Assembly: GCA_003971905.1 (NCBI GenBank)
Contig: RSEE01000004.1
Span: forward strand, 992,001 to 1,056,000
DNA length: 64,000 bases
Direction: 5' to 3'
From: Moniliella sp. 'wahieum'
Lineage: Eukaryota
The notes below the pieces were generated by a model. The model had not been told where the DNA came from. It searched no databases and was given only the letters and a program-made list of their open reading frames with translations. This document shows, piece by piece, positions 25,592 to 38,383 of this stretch; positions within the stretch are counted from its first letter, which is position 1; each line of letters opens with the position of its first letter. The translations under genes were made by a program, and so were the position numbers.

Positions 25592-27951
25592 ATGCCCTTC
25601 CAGTGGATGCTCTCTCGCTTCCGACCCGGCACCAAGAACGATGCCAACAGTGGCTGCGAAGACGACTTCGCCCACCCACCTCCGCCTTTTGATCCCGTTG
25701 GCGTGTACCCCCTGGATAACTTGGGCACCGTTTCTGAGCCATCCCGTATGACTGTATCCCAACCTCAGTCTGGGGCCATGCCCCACAATTTCCGTTTCTC
25801 ATCAGCCTTCTGCGAGCACCAACAGTGGCACCAAACCATCCCTGACCACAAAGAGGACGATATGGATGAACTGAAAGAGCAACTCGAGGCCGAAAAGGAG
25901 TCCCAATCATGTGACAGTAGCTCCCATCACCCAATAGACGGAACATCCGCTCCGGCCTTATTGCTCAAGGATGTTAAGCTTTACCCCTCCACCACCATCC
26001 CAACACTCGCCCTCGACCGCGAAGCCAACCCAGTTGAACCAACCGGCCCTGTTGTTGCTGTACAGTCGCAGCAGCAAAGCTGGAGCCATGCTGTCGACCA
26101 GTATGCTGGACCACTCAGGACTATGGAGACATTCAAGGCGTTCATGGCGAAACCCGCGGTCTCATCTTTCGTGAGTTTGGCTTACGGGTGGAATCAAGCC
26201 GCGACAGTGTGTATCTCTTTCACCTTTACGTCACGAAGCTCCAGACACATTCTGACCCTTTTCACGTTTAGTGTGCAGATGATCGGCTTGAGTGGTGCCT
26301 GCGGCACCGGCATCTGGCTGAGCATGGGCCAATCTCTCGCCACCTCTGGGCCTCTTTTTCTCTTCTTGGCGTACCTTATCACAGGCACTATCGTATCGTC
26401 CATGATGCTCAGTCTTGGTGAAGTGGCCACGCTGGCACCCACCACGGGTTCGTACATCGCTCATACCTTCATGTTTACGTCAAGCAGTGCTGGCTTTGTC
26501 GCGGGTATCAATTCCGTGGCAGGCAATTGTTTGGCCTTAGCAAGTGAGCTATGCGGGTGTGCTGTACTTGTTCAAGTACGTTCGTATATACCTCACAGTT
26601 TGCAGAGAGCAAACCAACTGACCCCTTTCTTGTCTCTGACATATTCAGTACTGGACCGACATCTCCCCCGCCATCTTTATCACAATCTTCGGGGTAGCAA
26701 TCGTGTTGGCAAACATTGTCGGTGAGCACATGTCCCCCTTCCACTTGCATTTATTTGCTCTTTTCGTTTTTGCATATCGGGCATTTTGCCAGAACAAAAG
26801 CTGATTTTCCATCTCTTTCCCCGTTAGTTGTGCGTGCGTGGGCTGAAGTGGAGTTTATCGCTGGTCTCTGCAAACTCTTACTCTTTACTGGGCTCATGAT
26901 CTTGTCACTTTGCATTGACCTTGGGAGTGGCCCAAAAGGAACGCGCCTTGGCTTTCACTACTGGCATGATCCAGGTCCGGTTAGCCAGTACCTCCTGGAA
27001 GGTGGGGCAGGTCGATTCTTTGCTTTTTTAACGGCTCTTTGTGGCTCAGTCTTTTCGTATGGTGGAGTGGAATCGATTAGCCTTGCTGCCGCTGAGACGG
27101 CTACACCGCGCCGGACAATGCGCAAAGCCACCAACCGAATCTTTGTCCGTGTCTTCGTCTTGTACCTGTCCGTCGCGTTGGCCACTGGCATGATCGTCAG
27201 TCGCACCGACCCTGCACTTCTAAACTCTACTGGAACTGCATCGCAAAGTCCTTTTGTGACCGCGGCTCGGCAAGCAGGAATCAAGTCCTTGGGAGGCGTG
27301 ATCAACGCTGCGGTTCTTATCTCTGCTTGGTCTACCGCGGACCAGACGGTTCTCAATGGTTCCCGATCGCTCCTCATGCTTGCGGCAGACGGCTTGGCAC
27401 CGAAGGTCTTCCTGCGTGTCCACCGTTTTGGCGTACCATGGGTTGCCGTCTTATTCATCTGTAGCTGGATGTTGTTGTCTTACACCATTGTGTCTTCTTC
27501 CGCTACCCGGGTATTCTCAATCCTAACCGACTTGGTGGGTGCCTCACTCCTGTGGACCTGGATTTTCATCTGCATCAATTTTCTCAAGGTATATTATGGC
27601 CTTCGGGCTCAGAATATCTCACGTTCTCAACTGCCTTGGGCCACGCCGTGCCAACCATTTTGCATGGTACGCGCTTACCGGCTGCGTCCTCCTCCTCCTT
27701 CTCGGTGGCTTCTCTATCTTCGTTCCAGGTCATTTTCAGGTGGACGACATGCTCTCTGCATACGCCTCCCCGTCATCAATCTCGCTCTCTGGCTTGGGTA
27801 CATGATCTTGTGGAGCGGATGGGATTGGGTAAAACTGACAGAGGTACCTCTTCAGCCTTGGATCTTCCAATTCCAAACCGGAACTCCTGAGCCGTGCGAG
27901 GCCCCACCCCGTTTCTGGCCGCTACGCCTCATTTCTTGGATCTGGATGTGA
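25592..27951 (+). CDS. Amino-acid permease (APC superfamily, fungal YAT type); introns ~26171-26275, 26576-26648, 26722-26827; start uncertain
   Basis: QMIGLSGACGTGIWLSMGQSLATSGP, SLGEVAT, WAEVEF, LGFHYWHDPG, FSYGGVESISLAAAETATPRR, RIFVRVFVLY, SPFVTAA, SRSLLMLAADGLAPK, GVPWVAV; canonical splice signals. Confidence 0.9.
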
Positions 27952-28709
27952 TCTGTTCCGACTCCCTTTTCTTCTTCAATTGAACGTGACTCCCTAGCCT
28001 CTTCTGTAGCTCATGAGCAATGCATCAATACCTGCTCTCTTTGGTCTTTAACAACACAGCGTGGGCGCAAGAGATGAGATGTACAGACTACCCACTGATG
28101 GGACCCGGAGCGTTCGGAGGATCAGGAATGGAGGTGGGCCACACGCTGCGCGACACGGGAACGCAAGAGGCGCAGAGCGCGTCCCAGAAGGTGGTGCATG
28201 GCAGCACCGTGATGCCTTTGGAATGCCGGGAGAAGGAACTTCTTCGACTGTTAGAACAAGCAGAATGCGACAAGAACGCCAAGGTGCCAGGGATGAGAGC
28301 CCAAGAGCCGGTTTTCCCCCTGGTTTTGAAGACACGAGGATACTAGGGAACCAAGACAGCGGGCAAGATGCTTGGGCACTGGAAGTATTTGAGTACTGAC
28401 TCTCAATGGAGATGGTTCACCGTACGTTCACCCCTCGATGTCTACCACTTTCATCCGTATCCACATGCGCTTCCTCGATTACGGGAACGGATGGCGGGCA
28501 CCAGTGGGTCCAGATCTCCTGTGGCGATCCTCCAGGTTCCTTAAGCGGGGTTGGCGCTACTGCAAGCAGCACACGCAAGATGAATGGTCGGTTTAGGCGT
28601 AGCGTTTCCCTGCCCCAGCCTTAAGCTCTGTCAATGATATGGATGCCAAGTAGAAAAAAGGGGCCAGAAAACAGGGCGGAGGTAGACCATACACCTGGGG
28701 AGGCCTGGG

Positions 28710-29365
28710 GCCTGACATGCACCTGACACTTGACATGTGACATGCATGACAGGAGGAGAATTCAGGGACATGTGCAGAGATAACAACGATAGTTATTATG
28801 TCTTTTGACGTCTCTCTCCTAGTCCACACAGTAGTCTCCATATGGTTTTGTGCGCACACCACAAAACGAGAAGAGTTGCAACGTTTTGTTCATGTTGGCT
28901 AGTACCTAGTTCTCATAGTTAGACTCTCCTGAGGCGGCCTGAAAGGCTTCTGTTGGCCTGAGGCTTGAAGCTTGAGGAGCCTGAGGCGGAAAGCGCGTAA
29001 CGCGTAAGGCCTGAGGCCTGAGGGGCCTGACACCCCTGGTGGTCCTGATAAGGATGCCTCTAAGATACCGCGCGTACCTGGCAGAGGTCCTATCTACTAG
29101 CCTGTCCTAATAACTTGTGTGTGGGGGAGTGAAATTGAATCCCCCCCCCCAGAAAGAGCCAGGGTAGATGGCTTTAATCCGGTGTATAGTGCGCTGATGG
29201 GGGCTGATGCGCTGATACGGGGTATAGTATTGGGGGAGTGTGGACTGATACACTGATGGGACTGATAGTTCGAGCAAGCGGGGCTACGCGCGGCTACGAG
29301 AGCCCCTCTTCCGCTCAGAGCTTCAGCCTTCAAGCTTCAAGCTTCAAGCTTTAGCGCTTCAGCGC
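28710..29365. repeat. 7-bp-period palindrome arrays upstream of the OPT gene
   Basis: TGACATGTGACATG ~28731-28744; ACGCGT-A-AGGCCT-G-AGGCCT 29000-29019; AAGCTT-C-AAGCTT-C-AAGCTT-T-AGCGCT 29332-29358. Confidence 0.88.
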
Positions 29366-29791
29366 CCTCGGGCCGCCTCCTGTGGGCAGGGCCGCGAGGA
29401 TCCACCTGGGCAGGGTTTACTTATTAGCCGCAGAGAGTCTGAAAGTTTTGAACGCCCAACTATCGATACTGGCTCAGCGCCACATGTCTTGTAGATATCG
29501 AGCTCACTGGCCCCGCCCCAAGGAATGGTCACCGGTCAGAGACCAGAAGTCAGCCCTGTAAGGCTATCATGATCGTGATCTCAGAGGTTCCCCGTGCCAC
29601 TAACAGGATCACACTAGCCGATTGTCTGAACGCACACAAGACATCCAAAACACTCATGGCAACTCCCGCTGGCCCTGATCGGACTGCTTTCCCCACTCGG
29701 GTTGGTCTCTCTCCTTCACCTCTTTTTTCCTGCTCCTCCATCACCTGCAACTCCACCGTACCTTCGCCACCTCCCCCTCTTCCGTTTCATT

Positions 29792-32474
29792 ATGTCCGGG
29801 ATGGGGTTCTTGGGTTTATTCCGTCGACGCGGCGATTCTCCTTCACCCGAAACCATACCCGCCCCTCCACCCTTCGCCGATATCTCGTCGCAGGAAGGTG
29901 GCGAGATGGAGGGCAAGAAGGAGGACAAGAAAGCTGATGATGATCTGCTCGCTCCCGCGGATGAAAAATCTGTTGTGGAGAACCTCAACTACGAGGGCGA
30001 GTTGCCCATGTCAAAGGAGGCCTCTGTCGGTGTGGATTCAGATGCCGAAGGCGACTCGGGGCTTGATGCTCATCCTGAAGTGCGTGCTGTGGTGCCTGAA
30101 ACCGACGACCCCGATATGCCCATCAATACTTTCCGAATGTGGTTCCTCTCCATTGTCTTCGTCTTGGTCGGGAGCGGAGTCAATCAACTGTTCAGCCTGC
30201 GCTACCCAGGTATCCACCTTGTTTCCCTCGTCTCTGAACTCATTGCCTTTCCCTTGGTATCTTTCTCGCTCACGTCCTACCCATTTGCCGGATCAACCCT
30301 GACCGCAAATTTAACATCAAAGAGCATGGCCTGATCGTCATTGCCAGTAATGTCAGCTTTGGCCTTGGTACCAGCGCAGACAGCACCAATTGATCCAGGC
30401 AGCTCGAATGTACGGCATCAAGTTTCCCGCTGGGGAATCAGTGTTGGCTGTGCTCTGCTGCCAGATGCTCGGGTACGGTATGGCTGGGCTGGCCGTGCCC
30501 TTTTTGGTCAAACCCTCGTACGTCGTTTGGCCTGCAAACCTGTCCAACATTGCTCTTCTATCCTCAATGCATGCCCGTATCCGTGAGCCTGCTCCCTTTG
30601 GTCTCCGCATGACTCGCCTGCGCTTCTTTTGGATCGTGTTTGGAATTGCCTGGACTTGGTACTGGGTCCCTGGCCTCATGTTCACTGGACTCAGCTACTT
30701 TACATTTTTCTGCTGGATCTGGCCAAAACACAAGGGTGCGTTTCTTCTTTCTCTACGTGTCTCCCATATCGCTGACCTGTTTTATCGTGTGGCTACAGCG
30801 GTCAACCTAGTATTTGGCGAAGTGACGGGCATGGGCTTTGTACCAGCAACCCTTGACTGGAGTATGATTGCTTACAACAGTAACCCACTCCTCTCACCTC
30901 TTTCTGCATGCACCAACGTCTTCATCGGGTTCGCGGTGATTTTCTGGATTGTGGCACCCATCCTGTATGTGAAAAACTACCGATTTACCTCCTATCTGCC
31001 TTTTTGCTCCGACCAAGTCTATGATCGAACCGGCGCCATCTACGATGTAACTGCCGTCATGACAAATGGGACACTGGACGTCGAAAAATACCGCCAATAC
31101 TCTCAGCCTTACCTTCCCATCACCTTTTTGATTGTCTATGGCCTTTCATTTGCCAGTTTGACTTGTGTCTTGGTCCACGTTGCACTGTGGAATTACGGTG
31201 ACTTGGTGCATGCTTTCAAGGGAACTGGCCGCAAGGACATCCATACCCGTCTTAATGAACGGTACCAACAAGTGCCTTGGTGGTGGTGGGCCAGCTGCAT
31301 CGCCATCTTTGGTGTGCTGTCGATCGGTACGCCTCATTCCTATACAATTCACCCGTTGTTACTATGAGTGCATACTGACCACATTTTTCTTCTTATTCCC
31401 ACTTCAAGTCCTCATCGAGCACTTCCACACCGATCTTCCTGTATATGGATTGTTCCTCGGTTGGATCATCCCCTGCGTCTTCTTCATCCCCTGTGGGATA
31501 ATCTTGGGTGTAACCAATGTGAACCCCAACCAACTAAATGTGGTATGTACCGACCTTGGTCTCTCTCTTGCAACATTATTAGTCGTGCCCCCAACTGACA
31601 CATCCTTCAAATTCCCATTTCCTTTTGTTCCAAAGCTGAGCGAGTTTATTGGGGGTTACTTGTTCGAGGGCAAGCCGATTGCTAACATGCTTTTCAAGAT
31701 GCTCTCCACCGACACTGTTGGTCAAGCCCAATATTTCGCTCAAGACATGAAGCTGGGCCATTATCTTCACATTGCACCGCGTTCACTCTTTTGGATCCAG
31801 GGGTCAGCCACCATACTGGGTGCCCTCACTCAGGCTGGGGTCACCATTTGGATGCTGGGTCACGTCAAGGACATTTGTAACCCCGACCAAAGCAATGGCT
31901 TCGTCTGCCCGAACGGGCAGACAGTCATGAGCAGTTCTGTCGTCTGGGGCCTGGTTGGGACACGGAGACGTTCGGGGCGGGTCAGATGTACTCGCCAATG
32001 CTTCACTTCTTTTGGATCGGCGCCCTCACCCCCGCCATCACCTGGGTATTGTACAAAAAGACCGGGTGGAAGTTGCTACGGCTTATCAACTGGCCTCTGT
32101 TTTGGGTAGGGACCTACAATGTCCCGCCCGCCACGGGTGTCAACTATTCGAGCTGGTTTATGGCCAACTTGATCTGCACCAAGTTTATCTTCAAAGGCTT
32201 CTTTAGCTGGATGTATGCTTTTGCTGCCGCCCTCGATTCGGGCCTGGCCATCTCAGGTCCGTCATTCCCTGTATGGATTTGTGCACACAGTAGTACTAAC
32301 ATTCTCCCCCTAGGCATCGTGATCTTCTTCTGCGTCACCTATGGTCCTGGCGTGGAGTTCCCCTCCTGGTGGGGCAACACGGTGTGGCAGAACACGTACG
32401 ACAACAACGGTACCGCGTGGATTGACATGCCTGCCTCAGGTTACTTTGGTGGTCCCGTGGGATCCTGGAGTTAG
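29792..32474 (+). CDS. Oligopeptide transporter (OPT family, Isp4/Opt1-like); introns ~30736-30798, 31327-31408, 31543-31635, 32257-32313; indel frameshifts
   Basis: HPEVRAVVPETDDPDMPINTFRMWFL, NQLFSLRYP, QMLGYGMAGL, TLDWSMI, DIHTRL, QDMKLGHYLHIAPR, SSVVWGLVG, AAALDSG, PSWWGNTV. Confidence 0.93.
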
Positions 32475-32627
32475 GCAAAGCTCCACAGATCGAGATGTCC
32501 ATTTTCGTTCTGCTTGATTCTTCTTCGAAAAGATGCTTCAGAGTAAAGTAAGGGAGCATTTCGTTGTGTGTTTTATCGCCGCCTGGTCTGTGTCTCGTCT
32601 TTCCACTGGCCTGCCAAGCTGTGGCGT

Positions 32628-32712
32628 AATTTTCCTTCCTCCTTCTCTTCCCTCTTCCCTCTTTCCTCTTCCCTCTTCCCTCTTCCTCTCTTCCTCTTTC
32701 CACCTCTCCCTT
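32628..32712 (+). repeat. Polypyrimidine tract with degenerate CTCTTCC units in the OPT 3' region
   Basis: About 80 nt almost entirely C/T, e.g. CTCTTCCCTCTTCCCTCTTTCCTCTTCCCTCTTCCCTCTTCC. Confidence 0.8.
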
Positions 32713-33179
32713 TGTTCGGTACGTTTTGTTATTCATCTCTCCCTTGCTCTCTGTATATGGGAGAGATGCATGATCGAGATCCTTGATGATTCGTTGAACG
32801 GATCTCTCCGCATACTACCCTTTGTGCGATGAATTCGATGACTGGGTTCACGACGGCAGATATATATACGTGTTGACTATCTGGGTGCAAGCAATTTTAT
32901 GTGCTTAGTGCAGATCCGCTCTTTCCACTGCTGACCGTAGATGACAGATGCAAGTCTGACGCACTTTCGGCAGGAGCTGGGGATACGCTTCGCCCTTCCT
33001 CAACACCAGTTCGCTTCTATTCGTTTATTTCGGGGACGTACCCACATTGTGGTCACGAGGCATTTGAAATGTTGCATACCAGCCATTATTCGAACGGAGG
33101 CTGGCGCGATAGGAGTGCGATAGCCACGATCGCTCCCCTCCCCTAACCACCACCACCACATTTCCTCCCGCCCCAACGC

Positions 33180-34382
33180 ATGGGTCTCCTCTCCCTTCCA
33201 GCGATGCTTGCTTCGCTCGCCTGCATCGCTGTGTGGGCTGCCGCGATGTCTACGCGCTGCCTCCGCCTTCGCAGATGGCGCATATTCCGGCGCCCCTCCC
33301 TTGTGGATCCCCGTTGGCGCCACCGTCGCTCCAGGCACCGATCTTCGATGCCCAAGTTTCCCGCCACCCCGAAGAGATGACCCCCGAAGACGGCTGGCGC
33401 GCCAACCCAGCGTCGCCTATGGAAGTGCCTGCCTGCAGCACTTACTCCCTCGAGGACCAACTTGCCTTTGCTGTCGCACAGCGTGTGAAGGCCGAGGCCA
33501 GCGAAGTTCAAGCGAACCAACGGACTCAGCAGGCTGCTCAAGCTGCGGCGCTTGAGGCCGAGCAGGCTAAGCCTGGATCAAGCAAGCTGCTTCCCCCTCC
33601 GGCATTTTATGCCCCGGAGGAATCGTGGGACGAGACATTGCCCCTGGGAGACCTGGAGCGGGCCGAGGAACGATTGCAGGCGGCTCTGGGTGCCGCCCAG
33701 CTCTATTCCCCCAACCCATTCCGCCTGCGCTACTCTACCCAGCATGATGGCAGTGTGAGTGGGAGCCACCTGCATGCTGGGCCCATTTCCCCCAGTTCAG
33801 GCGCGGACGCGGACCATGTTGGCTCTGTTGATTTGAACCGTCAGGGCTTCCAACACCCTCCCTCCTTTTTGGAGCAGCAGGACACGGCCAAGACTCAACC
33901 CCCCAATTTGCAACCTCCTACATTTACCTTTGATCTTGCTCCCGCCCCGTCTCCTGTGGGAGAGGGGGGCGGACGCAAGTGGTCGTGGCGACAGTGCCCC
34001 ACCCCTCCCTGGCGGCGCCCGCGCGACGCGGTTGAAATCAAGAGTATCAGCCTGAGTCCGGACCCGCCCGTGCCAGGGCAAAATGTGACGATCAGCGGGT
34101 GGGGCACTCTTCGGGCGCCGGTCAAGCAGGGAAGCGATGCCGAGGTACTCATCCGCCTTGGCCTCGCCCTTGTGCATCGCGAAACGGTTGACTTGTGCAA
34201 ACTGGCGGAACGGGAGGCGTTTGCGCTGCAGTGCCCTGTCGAGCCGGGCACCTACCACCTGTCCCATACTGTCATGGTGCCCAAGTCCGTCCCGCGTGCC
34301 CGCTACAATGCCCACACCGCCGAGAACCACTTGAGCGATGATTTGCTCTGTGGATGTGAGCGTCGACTTTAGTCCCTTCTGA
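33180..34382 (+). CDS. ML-domain (NPC2-like, phosphatidylglycerol/phosphatidylinositol transfer) protein with a long N-terminal extension; indel frameshifts
   Basis: Signal-like MGLLSLPAMLASLACIAVW; ML domain WSWRQC...DAVEIKSISLSPDPPVPGQNVTI...VDLC...QCPVEPGTYHLSHTVMVPKSVPRARY; last frame ends ...VSVDFSPF*. Confidence 0.8.
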
Positions 34383-34934
34383 GCCGTCCTGTTCCTTGCG
34401 TTCGCCATTCTCCCCATGGCTATTATAGTTGCCATACAACCTTTTCTCCTTAAACCGAACAGTGGGGTTTGCTCTCAATATATAGGGGAAGAACGAGAGA
34501 AATGTGTAAGGGCAAGACTGTGTGCCCTATTGCACATGTGATACCATGGATCCCCCACATTCCTCAGATACTCTCTTCATTCCCATGACCGTCGAGGAGG
34601 CCAGGATAGTGCCTGTCTCTTCTTACCACAGGTTTTGCTGTTGGTAATGCACTCCAGTAAGTTGCCGCGTCCGTTACCCTGGCCGAGGGGCCTCTCTATG
34701 GTGCATTGACTTGAGCGAACTTTTGTGCCCCTCCCAGGGGTCCACGTCAATCGTTGGCGCCCCTGTACCAATTTTAAGGGAGCTGATCAACGTGCTAGGT
34801 CCGCTAAAAGCGCCTAGCTGGCAGTTACTCTAAGTAGTACTACTGCATATTTCCTCTACGTAGAAGGCGGGGATCTACGAAACCGCAGGAAGCCAAGTCA
34901 TGTGGAAGGCGATCTAGTGGAGAGCGCCCGTAAT

Positions 34935-37761
34935 TTACAGCTTCAGCTGCCCACCCTGGGCTGGTGGTGGTGCCTTGGCCCGCTCCAGCATACCACGCTT
35001 CCGGACCATCGTGTTCCGCTGTCCATCGGCTCCGACCAGGGACACCCCCGGTTGTGTAGCCAACGCCTGGAGCGCCGCCTGCTTCTCTGCGCGCGCACCT
35101 CCCGTCTTGGGTTTGATCGTGGGTGTCGGACCAGAAGGGCCATGGTTGCGAGCTCGCTTGAGCCGGCGGAGGCGAGTGTGCTCTTGCTTCTTTTCTTGCG
35201 ATGTGAGCTCGTTGCGGGCTCCGGCGAAGGAGCGTGATACCCGAGCGCCCTGTGACCCCGGACCTGCTGTAACCCCAGTCCGGGAAGACGGGTCGTACAC
35301 CTCGCGTGGTGCCTGTTGGGTAGCCTGACTGGACGTGGCGAGCATAGGCAACGCTTGTTCCGATGCCATTGCCGCCACCCCACCCGTGGGTGCAGCGGTA
35401 ATTTGCCCGGAATGCACATCGGCCGGACGAGGGGTGTAGTGGGCATTGGACAGACGATCGAGTTGGTGGAACACATTCTCCGCCAGCGTCGTCAGTTGGG
35501 CATGCTCGGCGGCCAGCTTGCTATCTGCCTCAGATGTTGGCGCCGCGCCCGTCTGCGCTTGCGTGTACTCTTGCTCGTACAGCTCGGCCAGGGACTGCTG
35601 GGACTTTTGGTCGCTGAGCGACGCAAGCTTGGAAGGCAGGAACTCCTTCTCGCTCAAAGCCAAGCGGCGCGGCACATCGTCAAATTCACCGGCAAGGATG
35701 CGGCGCTTGATTAATGCTTCCACCTCTTCGTTCTCCTCAGCCGTCGCCAAAGGAGCTGACTTGAGGGCATGAACAAAATCCATATCCATGTCCAGCGCTG
35801 CATCCTTGGCCCGCGACGAGCCCGACGCTTCTCCCTTCAACTCCCACTCCTTTGCCCCCACATTTTCTGCTTCCAACGCAGCAATCTCGGCTTCCAGCGC
35901 CGCTTGTCGTTTTTCGTGCGTGGACAGCCCATCTGCAACATCGTTCTCCGCATCTTCCTCGGCAAACAAATCCTGGGCCACGCGCCGCGCCGTGCCCTCC
36001 ACAGAGCCCTCGTCCTCATCTGAAGAACTCTCCTCCTCTTCTTGGTGACCCGGCGCATCCAGACTCATCTCTTCTCCCTCAAAATAGGAGGGCTGGTAGA
36101 AGTAGATGCCATCTGATTTTCGTCTTGTCCGTCTCCATGTTCCTCCTCCTCATCGTCCTCCTCCTCCTCACCGTCTCCATCTTCGTCTTCGTCTTCGTCC
36201 TCCGCTTCGTCGTCCCCGTCCGAATAAATACCCATGCCATTTTCACCCAATGAAGCAAATAAGGGAAAGCCCTGGGGTTCGCGCATACCGGGGCACGCTT
36301 GATCCGACGCACCTGAACTTGGTCTGAGAAGCGAATTCGGCCGCGGCCAGCACTAGTCGATGGGGTCCCATTGCAGGCGGGAGGAATCTGATTGCCCTGA
36401 GCCGCCGACGTGGACTTGCAGCCAGTGGAGCGTCCCGCTGCAGTAGGGGGTGCAAAGAATTGATCGTACATAAGATTGCCATCCTCCTCTTCCCCCTCCA
36501 CGTCTGAGACCCAGGTGGAAGGGTCAGCGAACATGTCCACGTCCGCTTCAGGTTCTTTCGCCTCGGCGGCAATTGTGTCCCGTTGGAAGGCAGCCAAGTT
36601 GAAAAATCCATCATCTAGGCTGGACGAGGGTGCAGGCGTGGCAGGCTCAGCGTCTTGTGGTACATCCTCCATTTCCTCCGCCTCGTTATCCGAGTCAGAG
36701 CTCGAGTCCAATTCAGAAGCGACACCGAACATATCCTTTCTTCGCAGTTGCTTCTCTTCGTCCTGGAGAGGCTCAAAAGTCACCCGGCTAGCCTCCTCAT
36801 CATCCGACAAGTCAGATGCGCCTGGGAAACCCTCCTCCTCCTCCTCCTCAGGGCCATAGAACTCATCGTCAGACAAATCCTCAAGCTCAGCATCTTCGAA
36901 TTCAGCCTCTTCGTTATTGTGCGGTGCACCCGACGACTCAATCGTAACACCATGCTTGCGCAATTCGGCGCGCACCTTCAAGATTTCGTGCGGGGAAAAC
37001 CCGATCGCCTTAAGTTCTGCATCGGTCATGGCCGCCAGCCGAGCCAAATCTTCGTCCGTTGGTTGCTCCTCGCTGCTATCGTACTCTTCTTCATCCTCGT
37101 ATTCAGCTTCGGCAGTGGCCATCCGCGCATCGGCTTCGTCATCCTCCTCTTCCTTTTGTTCCGCTTGGACTGCCTGTTCACAAACCCCATCCAGGCCGGC
37201 ATGGCGGAGCTCGAGCTGGGCCCACAGTTGTGCTGCCCTCCACAGTCTCAGTAGTCGCGCCAGCCTCAGCAGGAGGAGGTGGAGGGACATAAAGCTCAGT
37301 TAGGGGCGTTGGCGGAGGCAAGAGATCAGGGATCGCTTCGGACTCGGACCCGGACCCGGACTCGGACTCGGACTCGGACTCAGGGTGGAGGGGCCGCTTT
37401 CGCTTGTTGGTAGTGCGGATTGTGGGAGGGTGGAGCGTCCTGCTGCGGCAATGAGGTAGGCATGGATGGCAGGACGAGCCTCCGACTCGGTGGCGACACC
37501 AGCATCAAATAGGGCTTTGACCGCATCGCGGGTTTGGACATGGAGCCAGTGCTGGTGCTCAGCCCATGACGCTGAGGGCCCCAGGGAGGTGGGAGTAGCG
37601 GTTTCTGCCACTGGGGACGGCATGGAGGCATTGCTAGAGGAAGGAGCAAAGGGCAGACCGGCCAGGGCGGTGGGCAGGCTGGCGAGGAGCTGCGGGTGGG
37701 CGGCGACGCGGTCGCCCAGCTCGACGAGCCAGGCGGGGGGAATGGGATCCGCGGGGGGCAT
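34935..37761 (-). CDS. MPP10: U3 snoRNP/SSU processome protein Mpp10; indel frameshifts
   Basis: LDDGFFNLAAF, acidic tracts, LSTHEKRQAALEAEIAALEAENVGAKEWELKGEA, EALIKRRILAGEFDDVPRR, LSDQKSQQSLAELYEQEY, LDRLSNAHYTP, C-terminal LKL*. Confidence 0.92.
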
Positions 37762-38383
37762 GCGATGCTGGGGCAGTAAGGTGGAGGTGCGCGGGGAGGT
37801 GCGTGCGGGGTGGTCCTCACTGCTCGTTCACACCGTCGCGGCCGTTCGTGGCGATGATGATGATGATGATGGCGGGGGCAGAACAAAAAAATGGGCAAAA
37901 AATTAGCGCCCCCTCGCGCCACACGACTGCGCCTCACTGCCCCCGAGCCTGGGTGGCGGAAGTCCCATTCCGCCTCGAGGGCGCCTAGACACTGGCCCCC
38001 TGGCGGTGGCCCTCCTGTGGGTGGGGGCACAGCATTCAGGATTCAGCGGGCAATGCGAAACACGCTAGGGCAGGGCGCATCGTTGCCGCCGGGGTGGAAA
38101 GGGGAGAGGTGATGGTGGAGGGCGTGGTGGAGGTGGTGGAGGCAGTGGAGGCAGTGGTGGTAGCGGGCCGGCTGAGGACAGGGAGAGGCGGCTGTAGCAC
38201 ATACCAGCTGTGCCCCCACGTGGCCTGCCCTGCGCCCCAAGCCCTCCCAAGCCTCCGAGCAACCGCCTGGATGCCGATCATCGATCATCGACCATTGGCT
38301 CGAGCTCAGCACCATCGACCACCGATGATCATCGACCATCGGGCCACAATTGCATACTTACGAAATGCTGCGCGCATTGAAAT

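Noticed and set aside
28020..28399. Two overlapping ~110-aa ORFs downstream of the permease
   Set aside because: No recognisable family; cannot be supported as genes.
37340..37381. GGACTC/GGACCC hexamer repeat
   Set aside because: Encodes a Pro-Ser/Pro-Gly low-complexity stretch within MPP10.
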